A stretch of DNA of 64,000 bases, from assembly GCF_037038585.1 (NCBI RefSeq), contig NC_092556.1:386619-450618 (forward strand), in the 5' to 3' direction. The notes under the pieces were generated by a model. The model was not told the origin of the DNA. It was given only the letters and a program-made list of their open reading frames with translations, and did no database searches. Origin of the DNA: Patagioenas fasciata. Its lineage: Eukaryota. Every line of letters begins with the position of its first letter. The first letter of the stretch is position 1. Below are positions 22,012 through 33,051 of this stretch, piece by piece. Position numbers and translations under genes: made by a program.

Positions 22012-25000
22012 CTGCAACACCCGAAAACCACGCAATTCAACCCAAACCGCCCGCCCCCACACGCGGCCCGGGCCTGCAACCCAAAATCGCCGCAATTCAA
22101 CCCAAAGCGCCCGCCGCCACACGCGGCCCGGGCCTGCAACACCCGAAAACCACGCAATTCAACCCAAACCGCCCGCCGCCACACGCGGCCCGGGCCTGCA
22201 ACCCAAAATCACCCCAATTCAACCCAAAGCGCCCGCCCCCACACGCGGCCCGGGCCTGCAACACCCGAAAACCACGCAATTCAACCCAAACCGCCCGCCG
22301 CCACACGCGGCCCGGGCCTGCAACCCAAAATCACCGCAATTCAACCCAAAAGTACTTGGGGAGGTTGGGGGAGATCTGGGGGAGATTTGGGGGAGATTTG
22401 GGGGAGATTTGGGGGAGATTTGGGGGAGATTTAAGGGAAATTTAAGGGAAATTTAGGGGAAATTTGGGGGAAATTTGGGGGAGATTTGGGGGAGATTTGG
22501 GGGAGATTTGGGGGAGATTTGGGGGAGATTTAGGGGGAGATTTGGGGAAAAATTTAGGGGAAATTTAGGGGAAATTTGGGGGAAATTTGGGGGAAATTTA
22601 AGGGGAAATTTAAGGGGAAATTTGGGGGAGATTTGGGGGAGATTTGGGGGAGATTTGGGGGAGATTTGGGGGAGATTTGGGGGAGATTTGGGGGGAAATT
22701 TAAGGGGAGATTTGGGGAAAAATTTAGGGGAAATCTAGGGGAAATTTGGGGGAAATTTGGGGGAAATTTAAGGGGAAATTTGGGGGAGATTTGGGGGAGA
22801 TTTGGGGAGGAACGTGGGGCCCACAACCCCAAAAACGCCAGAATTCAACCCAAAGCGCCCGCCCCCACACGCGGCCCGGGCCTGGAACCCAAAAACACCG
22901 CAATTCAACCCAAAAGTAGTGGGGGAGATTTGGGGGAGATCTGGGGGAGATTTGGGGGAGATCTGGGGGAAATTTGGGGGAAATTTGGGGGAAATTTGGG
23001 GGAAATTTAGGGGGAAATTTAGGGGGAAATTTAGGGGAGATTTAAGGGAAATTTAGGGGAAATTTGGGGGAAATCTGAGAGAAATTTAAGGGAAGATTTG
23101 GGGGAGATTTGGGGGGAAATGTAAGGGGAAATTTAGGGGGAGATTTGGGGGAAATTTGGGGGAAAATTTAGAGGAAATTTAGGGGAAATTTAAGGGAAAA
23201 TTTGGGAAATTTGGGGGTAATTTGGGGGAAATTTGGGGGGAAATTTGGGGGGAAATTTGGGGGGAAATTTGGGGGGAATTTGGCGGGAATTTTGGGGGAA
23301 ATTTAGGGGAAATTTGAGGGGAAATTCAGGGGAAATTCGGGGGAAATTTGAGGGGAATTTTGAAGGGAAATTTGGGGAAAATTTGGCGGGAATTTCGAGG
23401 GGGATTTGGGGGATTTTAAGGGAATTTTGGGGGAAATTTTGGGGGGAATTTTGGGGGGAATTTGGCGGGAAGCTCTGGGGTTTCCAGGGATGTAAGGGCA
23501 GCGCGTGGGGGTTAACGAGGGGTTGGTGAGGGGTTAGTGAAGGGTTAATGAGGAGCTAATGAGGAGCTAATGAGGGGTTAATTAGCAGTTAAAGAGGGGC
23601 TAACGAGGGGCTAACGAGGGGTTAATGAGGGGCTAATGAGGGGCTAAGGAGGGGTTAATTAGCGGTTAACGAGGGGCTAACGAGGGTCTCGGGGCCTCAC
23701 CGTGCGCCCTCCGTCGGTCGATGAGCGGCTGCGGCGCCACGGGCTCCAGGGGCTCGTCCTCGAACTCGAACTGCGGCACCACCCGCGGCCTGGGCACAGA
23801 AACCCCCCCAGCTCCCTCAGTCCCCCCCAAATCGCCCTCACAATCCCCCCCAAATCGCCCTCACAATCTCCCCCAAATCGCCCTCACAATCCCCCCCAAA
23901 TCGCCCTCCCAGTCCCCCCCAAATCGCCCTCACAATCCCCCCCAAATCGCCCTCACAATCCCCCCCAAATCGCCCTCCCAGCCCCCCCCAAATCGCCCTC
24001 ACAATCCCCCCCAAATCACCCTCACAATCCCCCCCAAATCGCCCTCCCAGCCCCCCCCAAATCACCCTCACAATCCCCCCCAAATCGCCCTCACAATCCC
24101 CCCCAAATCGCCCTCCCAGCCCCCCCCAAATCGCCCTCACAATCCCCCCCAAATCGCCCTCACAGCCCCCCCCAAATCGCCCTCACAATCCCCCCCAAAT
24201 CGCCCTCCCAGCCCCCCCCAAATCGCCCTCACAGCCCCCCCCAAATCGCCCTCACAGCCCCCCCCAAATCGCCCTCACAATCCCCCCCAAATCGCCCTCA
24301 CAATCCCCCCCAAATCGCCCTCACAATCCCCCCCAAATCGCCCTCACAGTCCCCCCCAAATCGCCCTCCCAGCCCCCCCCAAATCGCCCTCCCAGCCCCC
24401 CCCAAATCGCCCTCACAGCCCCCCCCAAATCGCCCTCACAATCCCCCCCAAATCGCCCTCACAATCCCCCCCAAATCGCCCTCACAGTCCCCCCCAAATC
24501 GCCCTCCCAGCCCCCCCCAAATCACCCTCACAATCCCCCCCAAATCGCCCTCCCAATCCCCCCCAAATCGCCCTCCCAGCCCCCCCCAAATCGCCCTCCC
24601 AGCCCCCCCCAAATCGCCCTCACAGCCCCCCCCAAATCACCCTCACAATCCCCCCCAAATCGCCCTCCCAGCCCCCCCCAAATCGCCCTCCCAATCCCCC
24701 CCAAATCGCCCTCCCAGCCCCCCCAAATCGCCCTCACAGCCCCCCCCAAATCGCCCTCCCAGCCCCCCCCAAATCGCCCTCCCAGCCCCCCCCAAATCGC
24801 CCTCACAGCCCCCCCCAAATCACCCTCACAATCCCCCCCAAATCGCCCTCCCAGCCCCCCCCAAATCGCCCTCCCAGCCCCCCCAAATCGCCCTCACAAT
24901 CCCCCCCAAATCGCCCTCACAGCCCCCCCCAAATCGCCCTCACAATCCCCCCCAAATCGCCCTCACAGCCCCCCCCAAATCGCCCTCCCAGCCCCCCCCA

Positions 25001-28000
25001 AATCGCCCTCACAATCCCCCCCAAATCGCCCTCACAATCCCCCCCAAATCGCCCTCCCAGCCCCCCCCAAATCGCCCTCACAGCCCCCCCAAATCGCCCT
25101 CACAATCCCCCCCAAATCGCCCTCACAATCCCCCCCAAATCGCCCTCCCAGCCCCCCCCAAATCGCCCTCACAATCCCCCCCAAATCACCCTCACAATCC
25201 CCCCCAAATCGCCCTCCCAGCCCCCCCCAAATCGCCCTCCCAGCCCCCCCCAAATCGCCCTCACAATCCCCCCCAAATCGCCCTCACAATCCCCCCCAAA
25301 TCGCCCTCACAGCCCCCCCCAAATCGCCCTCACAATCCCCCCCAAATCGCCCTCACAGCCCCCCCCAAATCGCCCTCCCAGCCCCCCCCAAATCGCCCTC
25401 ACAATCCCCCCCAAATCGCCCTCCCAGCCCCCCCCAAATCGCCCTCCCAGCCCCCCCCAAATCGCCCTCACAGCCCCCCCAAATCGCCCTCACAATCCCC
25501 CCCAAATCGCCCTCACAATCCCCCCCAAATCGCCCTCCCAGCCCCCCCCAAATCGCCCTCCCAGCCCCCCCCAAATCGCCCTCACAGCCCCCCCCAAATC
25601 GCCCTCACAATCCCCCCCAAATCGCCCTCACAATCCCCCCCAAATCGCCCTCACAGTCCCCCCCAAATCGCCCTCCCAGCCCCCCCCAAATCACCCTCAC
25701 AATCCCCCCCAAATCGCCCTCCCAATCCCCCCCAAATCGCCCTCCCAGCCCCCCCCAAATCGCCCTCCCAGCCCCCCCCAAATCGCCCTCACAGCCCCCC
25801 CCAAATCACCCTCACAATCCCCCCCAAATCGCCCTCCCAGCCCCCCCCAAATCGCCCTCCCAATCCCCCCCAAATCGCCCTCCCAGCCCCCCCAAATCGC
25901 CCTCACAGCCCCCCCCAAATCGCCCTCCCAGCCCCCCCCAAATCGCCCTCCCAGCCCCCCCCAAATCGCCCTCACAGCCCCCCCCAAATCACCCTCACAA
26001 TCCCCCCCAAATCGCCCTCCCAGCCCCCCCCAAATCGCCCTCCCAGCCCCCCCAAATCGCCCTCACAATCCCCCCCAAATCGCCCTCACAGCCCCCCCCA
26101 AATCGCCCTCACAATCCCCCCCAAATCGCCCTCACAGCCCCCCCCAAATCGCCCTCCCAGCCCCCCCCAAATCGCCCTCACAATCCCCCCCAAATCGCCC
26201 TCACAATCCCCCCCAAATCGCCCTCCCAGCCCCCCCCAAATCGCCCTCCCAGCCCCCCCCAAATCGCCCTCACAATCCCCCCCAAATCGCCCTCCCAGCC
26301 CCCCCCAAATCGCCCTCCCAGCCCCCCCCAAATCGCCCTCACAGCCCCCCCAAATCGCCCTCACAATCCCCCCCAAATCGCCCTCACAATCCCCCCCAAA
26401 TCGCCCTCCCAGCCCCCCCCAAATCGCCCTCCCAGCCCCCCCAAATCGCCCTCCCAGCCCCCCCAAATCGCCCTCACAGCCCCCCCCAAATCGCCCTCCC
26501 AGCCCCCCCCAAATCGCCCTCACAATCCCCCCCAAATCGCCCTCCCAGCCCCCCCCAAATCGCCCTCCCAATCCCCCCAAATCGCCCTCACAATCCCCCC
26601 CAAATCGCCCTCCCAGCCCCCCCCAAATCGCCCTCCCAGCCCCCCCAAATCGCCCTCACAATCCCCCCCAAATCGCCCTCACAGCCCCCCCCAAATCGCC
26701 CTCACAATCCCCCCCAAATCGCCCTCACAGCCCCCCCAAATCGCCCTCCCAGCCCCCCCCAAATCGCCCTCCCAATCCCCCCCAAATCGCCCTCCCAGCC
26801 CCCCCCAAATCGCCCTCACAATCCCCCCCAAATCGCCCTCACAATCCCCCCCAAATCGCCCTCACAGCCCCCCCCAAATCGCCCTCCCAGCCCCCCCCAA
26901 ATCGCCCTCCCAGCCCCCCCCAAATCGCCCTCACAGCCCCCCCAAATCGCCCTCACAATCCCCCCCAAATCGCCCTCACAATCCCCCCCAAATCGCCCTC
27001 CCAGCCCCCCCCAAATCGCCCTCACAATCCCCCCCAAATCGCCCTCACAATCCCCCCCAAATCACCCTCACAATCCCCCCCAAATCGCCCTCACAATCCC
27101 CCCCAAATCGCCCTCACAGCCCCCCCCAAATCGCCCTCACAATCCCCCCCAAATTTCCCCCTAAGTTCCCCCCAAATTGCCCTCAAAATCCCCCCCAAAC
27201 TTCCCCCCAAATTTCCCCCAAAATTCCCCCAAAATTTCCCCCTAAATTCCCCCCAAATTCTCCCAAATTTCCCTCAAAATCCCCCCCAAACTTCCCCCAA
27301 ACTTCCCCCAAACCTCCCCCAAACCTGCCGCCAAATTCCCCTCCATAATCCCCCCAAATTTCTCCTCAAAATCTCCCAAATTTCCCTCAAAATTCCCCCC
27401 AAATTTCCCCTCACAATTCCCCCCAAATTTCCCTCAAAATTCCCACCAAATTTCCCCCAACTTTTCCCCAAATTTCCCCCAAATCTCCCTCAAAATTCCC
27501 CCCACATTCTTCCCCAAATCTCCCCCAATTCTCTCCCAAATTTCCCCCAAATTATCCCCAAATCTCCCCCCAATTTCCCTCAAAATTTCTCCCAAGTGCC
27601 CCAAAATCTCCCTCAAATCTCCCCCAAATCCCCCCTTAAATTCCCTCTCAAATCTCTCCTTAAATTTCCCAAAATTTCCCCCAAATTTCCCCTCAAATTT
27701 TCCCCAAATCTCCCCCAAATTTCCCCACAAATCTCCCCCAAATTTTCCCCTCAAATTTTCCCCAAATTTCCCTCAAATTTCCCCAAATCGCCCCCAAATT
27801 TTCCCCTAAATTTTCCCAAATTTCCCCCAAATTTTCCCCAAATCTCCCCCAAATTTCTCCCTAAATTCCCCCAAATTTCTCCCTAAATTTCCTCAAATTC
27901 CCCCCAAATTTCCCTCAAATTTTCCCCAAATCTCCCTCAAATTTCCCTCAAATTTTCCCCAAATTTCCCTCAAATTTTCCCCAAATTTCCTCAAATTTCC

Positions 28001-28838
28001 CTCAAATTTTCCCCAAATTTCCCTCAAATTTCCCCAAATTTCCCTCACATTTTCCCCAAATTTCCCCTCAAATTTCCCCAAATTTCACTCAAATTTCCCC
28101 CAAATTTCTCCCCAAATTTTCCCCAAATTCCCCCCAATTTTCCCTGAAATTTCCCCAAATTTCCCTCAAATTTTCCCCAAATTTCCCCTCAAATCTCCCC
28201 CAAATTTTCCCCAATTTTTCCCCAAATTTCCCCTCAAATTTCCCCCAATTTTCCCCCAAATTCCCCCCAAATTTCCCCTCAATTTCCCCCAAATCTCCCC
28301 CCAATCTCCCCCCGATCCCCCCCAGTCCGCACTTGTGCGGGGGCAGGGCGGGCCGCTCGTCGTGGCGCTGCGGCTCGGGGGGCTCCTGGGGGTGGGGGGT
28401 GGGGGGCCGGCGGGGCCGGGAGCCCCCCCGCAGGCGCAGGGTCCCGTGCCGCTCGATCAGCTCCAGCAGGCGCCGCAGCTCGGGGGGCGCGGGCGCCCAG
28501 CCCCCGCCTTCCTCCTCCTCCTCCTCCGCGTCGCTGCACGGGACGCACCAATCGGCGCCCTCCTTGTCCCAATCGGCGCCCTCCTTGTCCCAATTAGCGC
28601 CTTCGTTACCGCAATTAGCGCCTTCGTTACCGCAATTAGCGCCCTCGTTACCCCAAGGGGCGTCCTTCCGGTCCCAAGGGGCGTCCTTCCGGTCCCACGG
28701 GGCGTCCTTCCGGTCCCACGGGGCGCCCTTCCGGTCCCACGGGGCGCCCTTCCGGTCCCAAGGGGCGCCCGGGGGGTCCTCGCCGCCCGTCATGGCCGCC
28801 GGGCTGGGGGAGGCGGGAGCGGCGGCCTCGGCCGCCAT
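21851..28838 (-). CDS. PAGR1: PAXIP1-associated glutamate-rich protein 1 (PA1), complete CDS in 3 exons, about 251 aa
   Basis: Minus-strand exons: 28333-28838, 23701-23789, 21851-22011. Translation: [33 protein letters not shown](WDRK..)...[156 protein letters not shown]. From recall it aligns with human PAGR1 over [95 protein letters not shown]. Length and exon number agree with human PAGR1. Confidence 0.82.
22001..22330 (-). other. PAGR1: About 60 bp unit in about 6 copies, each reiterating the PAGR1 exon 3 splice acceptor plus the first about 11 nt of the exon (ACGCGGCCCGGGCCTGCAAC on the plus strand)
   Basis: The motif is at 22001, 22061, 22121, 22181, 22241 and 22301, with a further copy at 22861. 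Only the 22001-22020 copy joins the real exon. Confidence 0.85.
22340..23480 (+). repeat. 13-bp satellite GGGGGAGATTTGG / GGGGAAATTTAGG (PAGR1 intron 2)
   Basis: Direct reading. Confidence 0.9.
23701..23789 (-). CDS. PAGR1: PAGR1 exon 2 ([31 protein letters not shown])
   Basis: Acceptor tctgtgcccag|GCCGCGGG and donor GCGCACG|gtgaggcccc. This matches the human [23 protein letters not shown] block. Confidence 0.85.
23800..27160 (+). repeat. Largest array: about 155 copies of the 21-22 bp C-rich unit CCCCCCAAATCGCCCTCACAAT (alternating CACAAT / CCCAGC variants), 3.4 kb in PAGR1 intron 1
   Basis: Direct reading. Confidence 0.92.
27160..28320 (+). repeat. Satellite CCCCAAATTTCCCYCAAATTT variants (PAGR1 intron 1)
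   Basis: Direct reading. Confidence 0.85.
28333..28838 (-). CDS. PAGR1: PAGR1 exon 1 (Kozak gcagccATGG; ends ..PPH + AA|gtgcgg)
   Basis: The ORF starts at 28838. The acidic [15 protein letters not shown] and [15 protein letters not shown] segments match PAGR1. The donor was chosen as the only GT that keeps frame with exon 2, and it is a weak donor (gtgcgg). An acceptor-like ccctccatttgcag lies immediately 5' of the ATG, which suggests an upstream non-coding exon. Confidence 0.72.
28540..28760 (-). repeat. PAGR1: In-frame coding 21-bp minisatellite inside PAGR1 exon 1: (APWDRKG/D) x5, (NEGANCG) x3, (DKEGADW) x2
   Basis: Plus strand reads ggtcccacggggcgcccttcc x5, ttaccgcaattagcgccttcg x3 and tcccaatcggcgccctccttg x2. 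All units are 21 bp, so the frame is preserved into the conserved DWCVPCSD block. Confidence 0.85.
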
Positions 28839-28969
28839 GGCTGCAAATGGAGGGTTAATTAGCTTAGAACTGCGTTAATTACAGAGAGAAACGGGCGGTT
28901 TCACTCAGGAATGGGTTAATTAATTCATACGTTCCGTTGTTTGCCGTGGAAATGGGGGTTTAGCTTCGG

Positions 28970-29640
28970 AAAGTGGGGGTTTGGCCTCGGAAATTGCGGA
29001 TTTAACCTCAGAAAATGGGGAATTAACCTCAGAAATTGAATTATTTACCTCAAAAAATGGGGGATTTGCCTCACAAAATGGGGATTTACCCTCAGAAAAT
29101 GGGGATTTAACCTCAGAAAATGGGGATTTAACCTCAGAAAATGGGGATTTAGCCTCGGAAAGTGGGGTTTTAGCCTCAGAAAATGGGGGGTTTGCCTCAG
29201 AAATTGAATTGTTTGCCTCAGAAAATGGGGATTTAACCTCAGAAAATGGGGATTTAACCTCAGAAAATGGGGATTTACCTCAGAAAATGGGGATTTAACC
29301 TCAGAAAATGGGGATTTAACCTCAGAAAATGGGGATTTACCTCACAAATTGAATTGTTTACCTCAGAAAATGGGGATTTAACTTGAAAAAATCGGGGTTT
29401 TGCCTCAAAAAATGGGGATTTAACCTCAAAAATTGGGGGATTTGCCTCAGAAAATGGGGATTTAACCTCAGAAAATGGGGGTTTTGCCTCAGAAAATGGG
29501 GATTTAACCTCAAAATGGGTTCATTACCTTACAAATTGAATTATTTACCTCAAAAATCAGGGGATTTAACCTCAGAAAATGGGGATTTAACCTCAGAAAA
29601 TGGGGATTTAGCCTCAGAAAATGTAGATTATTTACCCCCC
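28970..29640 (+). repeat. 22-bp satellite CCTCAGAAAATGGGGATTTAA, about 30 copies
   Basis: Direct reading. Confidence 0.9.
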
Positions 29641-30000
29641 CATTCCCAGTGTGGCCATGCCGGGGGTCACTGGTTCATACTGGGAATGGGGGGGGGGTTA
29701 CTGGGCCATACTGGGAATGGGGGGGGGGTTACTGGGCCATACTGGGAATGGGGGGGGGTTACTGGGCCATACTGGGGGTCACTGGGCCATACTGGGGGGA
29801 ATGGGGGGGGGGTTACTGGGCCATACTGGGGGTTACTGGGCCATACTGGGAATGGGGGGGGGTTACTGGGCCACACTGGGGGGAATGGGGGGGGTTACTG
29901 GGCCATACTGGGGGTTACTGGGCCATACTGGGAATGGGGGGGGGGTTACTGGGCCATACTGGGGGTCACTGGGCCATACTGGGAATGGGGGGGGGGGCGC
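29640..30000 (+). repeat. Satellite CCATACTGGGAATGGGGGGGGTTACTGGG
   Basis: Direct reading. Confidence 0.85.
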
Positions 30001-30480
30001 TGGGCTCCTACCGGCTCCGCTGTGTCCTCAATGGCGGCCGCGTCCCCGCCCTTTCCCCCCGCCCACCTCCCCGGAACCACCCAATCAGCGCCCTCTCCCT
30101 TGCCCGCACCGCCCTCTGATTGGCCGCCCCTTTCCCTTAACCCCGCCCCCTCCCTGGCACGCCCGCTTCCCTGCCGCCTCAGCGCCCCCAGCGCGCATGC
30201 GCCGCCTTCCCCCCTCCCACCACCTCCGCCGGGGTCCACTTCCGGTTGCCGCCGGCGCCATCTTGGAGCCGGGGCGGCGGGAAAAGCGGCGGCGCCGGGG
30301 GGTCCCGCGGGTTCCCCCCCCCCCCAGGGTGGTTTTTGGGGTGAAATCGGCGCTTTTGGGGGCTCCCCCGGAGCGGGGGGGCGGGCGGGGCCCCCCCCCG
30401 GGAGCTGCAGCCGCCGGGGGGGGGGGAAACTTATGGGGCCGGGTCGGGAGCCACAAGTGGAGACAGCGGAGAGAACGGTG
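30000..30480. promoter_or_regulatory. Non-repetitive CpG-island promoter between head-to-head PAGR1 and TAOK2, probably bidirectional. Motifs found: YY1-like gccgccattgagg (minus, about 30030) and gcgccatcttgg (30256-30266); CCAAT 30081-30085; inverted CCAAT 30119-30123; NRF1 GCGCATGCGC 30193-30202; ETS/GABP cacTTCCGG 30237-30245; several GC boxes; a candidate TAOK2 non-coding exon 1 donor AACG|gtgagg at 30477/30478
   Basis: This is the only unique, CpG-dense stretch in the 4.1 kb between the PAGR1 ATG (28838, minus) and the TAOK2 ATG (32941, plus). The GABP + NRF1 + YY1 + NF-Y + SP1 combination is typical of bidirectional promoters. PAGR1 has an acceptor immediately 5' of its ATG and TAOK2 has an acceptor at 32856/57, so both need upstream non-coding exons. 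Confidence 0.5.
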
Positions 30481-30499
30481 AGGGGCGGAATGGGGGGGT

Positions 30500-32820
30500 C
30501 TGGGGCACTTGTGGGGCAGAGCTGGGGTCACTGAGGCACTTATGGGGCCGAATGGGGGGGTTTGGGGCACTTATGGGGAGTTTGGGGGCACTTATGGGGA
30601 GTTTGGGGGCACTTATGGGGCAGAACTTGGGGTACTTATGGGGCAGAACTGGGTCCTCTGGGGCACTTGTGGGGCTGAATGGGGAGCTTTGGGGCACTTA
30701 TGGGGAGTTTGGGGCGCTTATGGGGCAGAACTTGGGCTCTCGTGGCACTTAGGGGGCAGAACTGGGTCCTCTGAGTCACTTATGGGGCAGAATGTGGGGG
30801 TTTGGGGCACTTATGGGGCAGAACGTGGGGTCTTGGGGCACTTAGGGGGCAGAACTGGGTCCTCTGAGTCACTTATGGGGCAGAATGTGGGGGTTTGGGG
30901 CACTTATGGGGCAGAACTTGGGGTCTTGGGGCACTTATGGGGCAGAACTGGGTCCTCTGAGTCACTTATGGGGCAGAATGTGGGGGTTTGGGGCACTTAT
31001 GGGGCAGAACTGGGTCCTCTGGGTCACTTATGGGGCTGAATGGGGAGGTTTGGGTCAGTTATGGGGAGTTTGGGGGCACTTATGGGGCAGAACCCGAGTC
31101 ACTTATGGGGCTGAACTGGGTCCTCTGGGGCACTTATGGGGCAGGATCTGGGTTTGCTGGTCACTTATGGGGCACAACCTGAGTCACTTATGGGGCAGGA
31201 TTTGGTTCCCAGGTTCACTTATGGGGCAGGATTAGGACCCCTGAATCACTTATGGGGCAGGATTTGGATCCGTGGGTCACTTATGGGGCAGGATTTAGTC
31301 CCCAGGTTCACTTATGGGGCAGGATTAGGACCCCTGAATCAGTTATGGGGCAGGATTTGGATCCGTGGGTCACTTATGGGGCAGGATTTGATCCCATGGA
31401 TCACTTATGGGGCAGAACCTGGGTCACTTATGGGGTAGGAATTGGTTCTCTGAGTCACTTATGGGTCAGAATTTGGTCTCCTGAGTCACTTATGGGGCAG
31501 AATTGGGACCCCTGGGTCACTTATGGGGCAGAACCTGAGTCACTTATGGGTCAGGATTTAGTGCCTTGGGTCACTTATGGGGCTGCCTTGGGGCCCCAGG
31601 TTCACTTATGGGTCAGGATTTGGACCCCTCAGTCACTTATGGGGCTGAGTTGGGACCCCTGGGTCACTTATGGGGCAGAACCTGGGTCACTTATGGGTCA
31701 GAATTCGGTCTCCTGAGTCACTTATGGGGCAGAATTGGGACCCCTGGGTCACTTATGGGGCAGAACCTGAGTCACTTATGGGTCAGAATTCGGTCTCCTG
31801 AGTCACTTATGGGGCAGAATTGGGACCCCTGGGTCACTTATGGGGCAGAACCTGGGTCACTTATGGGTCAGGATTTGGTTCCCAGGTTCACCTATGGGTC
31901 AGGATTTGAATCCGTGGGTCACTTATGGGTCAGGATTTGAATCCCTGGGTCACTTATGGGTCAGGATTAGGACCCCTGTGTCACTTATGGGGCAGAACCT
32001 GGGTCACATATGGGTCAGGATTAGGACCCCTGAATCACTTATGGGTCAGGATTTGGATCCGTGGGTCACTTATGGGTCAGGATTTGGATCCGTGGGTCAC
32101 TTATGGGTCAGGATTTGGATCCGTGGCTCACTTATGGGTCAGGATTAGGACCCCCGTGTCACTTATGGGGCAGAACCTGGGTCACTTATGGGTCAGGATT
32201 TGGTTCCCAGGTTCACCTATGGGTCAGGATTTGAATCAGTGGGTCACTTATGGGTCAGGATTTGAATCCCTGGGTCACTTATGGGTCAGGATTAGGACCC
32301 CCGTGTCACTTATGGGGCAGAACCTGGGTCACCTATGGGTCAGGATTAGGACCCCTGAATCACTTATGGGTCAGGATTTGGATCCGTGGGTCACTTATGG
32401 GTCAGGATTTGGATCCGTGGGTCACTTGTGGGTCAGGATTTGAATCCGTGGGTCACTTATGGGTCAGGATTAGGACCCCCGTGTCACTTATGGGGCAGAA
32501 CCTGGGTCACTTATGGGTCAGGATTTGGTTCCCAGGTTCACCTATGGGTCAGGATTTGAATCAGTGGGTCACTTATGGGTCAGGATTTGAATCCCTGGGT
32601 CACTTATGGGTCAGGATTAGGACCCCCGTGTCACTTATGGGGCAGAACCTGGGTCACCTATGGGTCAGGATTAGGACCCCTGAATCACTTATGGGTCAGA
32701 ATTTGAATCCGTGGGTCACTTATGGGTCAGGATTTGGATCCGTGGGTCACTTATGGGTCAGGATTTGGATCCGTGGGTCACTTATGGGTCAGGATCAGGA
32801 CCCCCGTGTCACTTATGGGG
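30500..32820 (+). repeat. Satellite about 40 bp CACTTATGGGGCAGRAYYTGGGTCCTCTGAGT, two subfamilies, 2.3 kb upstream of the TAOK2 ATG
   Basis: Direct reading. Confidence 0.9.
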
Positions 32821-32940
32821 CAGCACCTGACCCCCGTGTCCCTCCTTCCCCCCCCAGGCCGCCTCCCGCCTGCCCCACGGCTCCCAGCTGGGACCTCTGC
32901 CGACGCGTGGGGCCGCCCCATAGATTCCGTGGGTCGCGCG

Positions 32941-33051
32941 ATGCCGTCGCTCAGCCCCACGGATCCCGGGTTGTTCCGCCCCGAAGACCCCGAGACCCTG
33001 TTTGGGGACCTATGGGAGATCGGGCACGGCAGCTTCGGCGCCGTCTACTCC
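32941..33051 (+). CDS. TAOK2: TAOK2-like coding exon 1
   Basis: gcgcgATGCCG (purine at -3) through TACTCC|gtgagt. Encodes [37 protein letters not shown], including the glycine-loop GxGxxG. Confidence 0.85.

Noticed and set aside
30085-30570. 161-aa minus-strand ORF across the CpG island
   Set aside because: It has Arg/Pro/Gly-rich composition typical of CpG islands and no domain similarity. I interpret the region as promoter or UTR.
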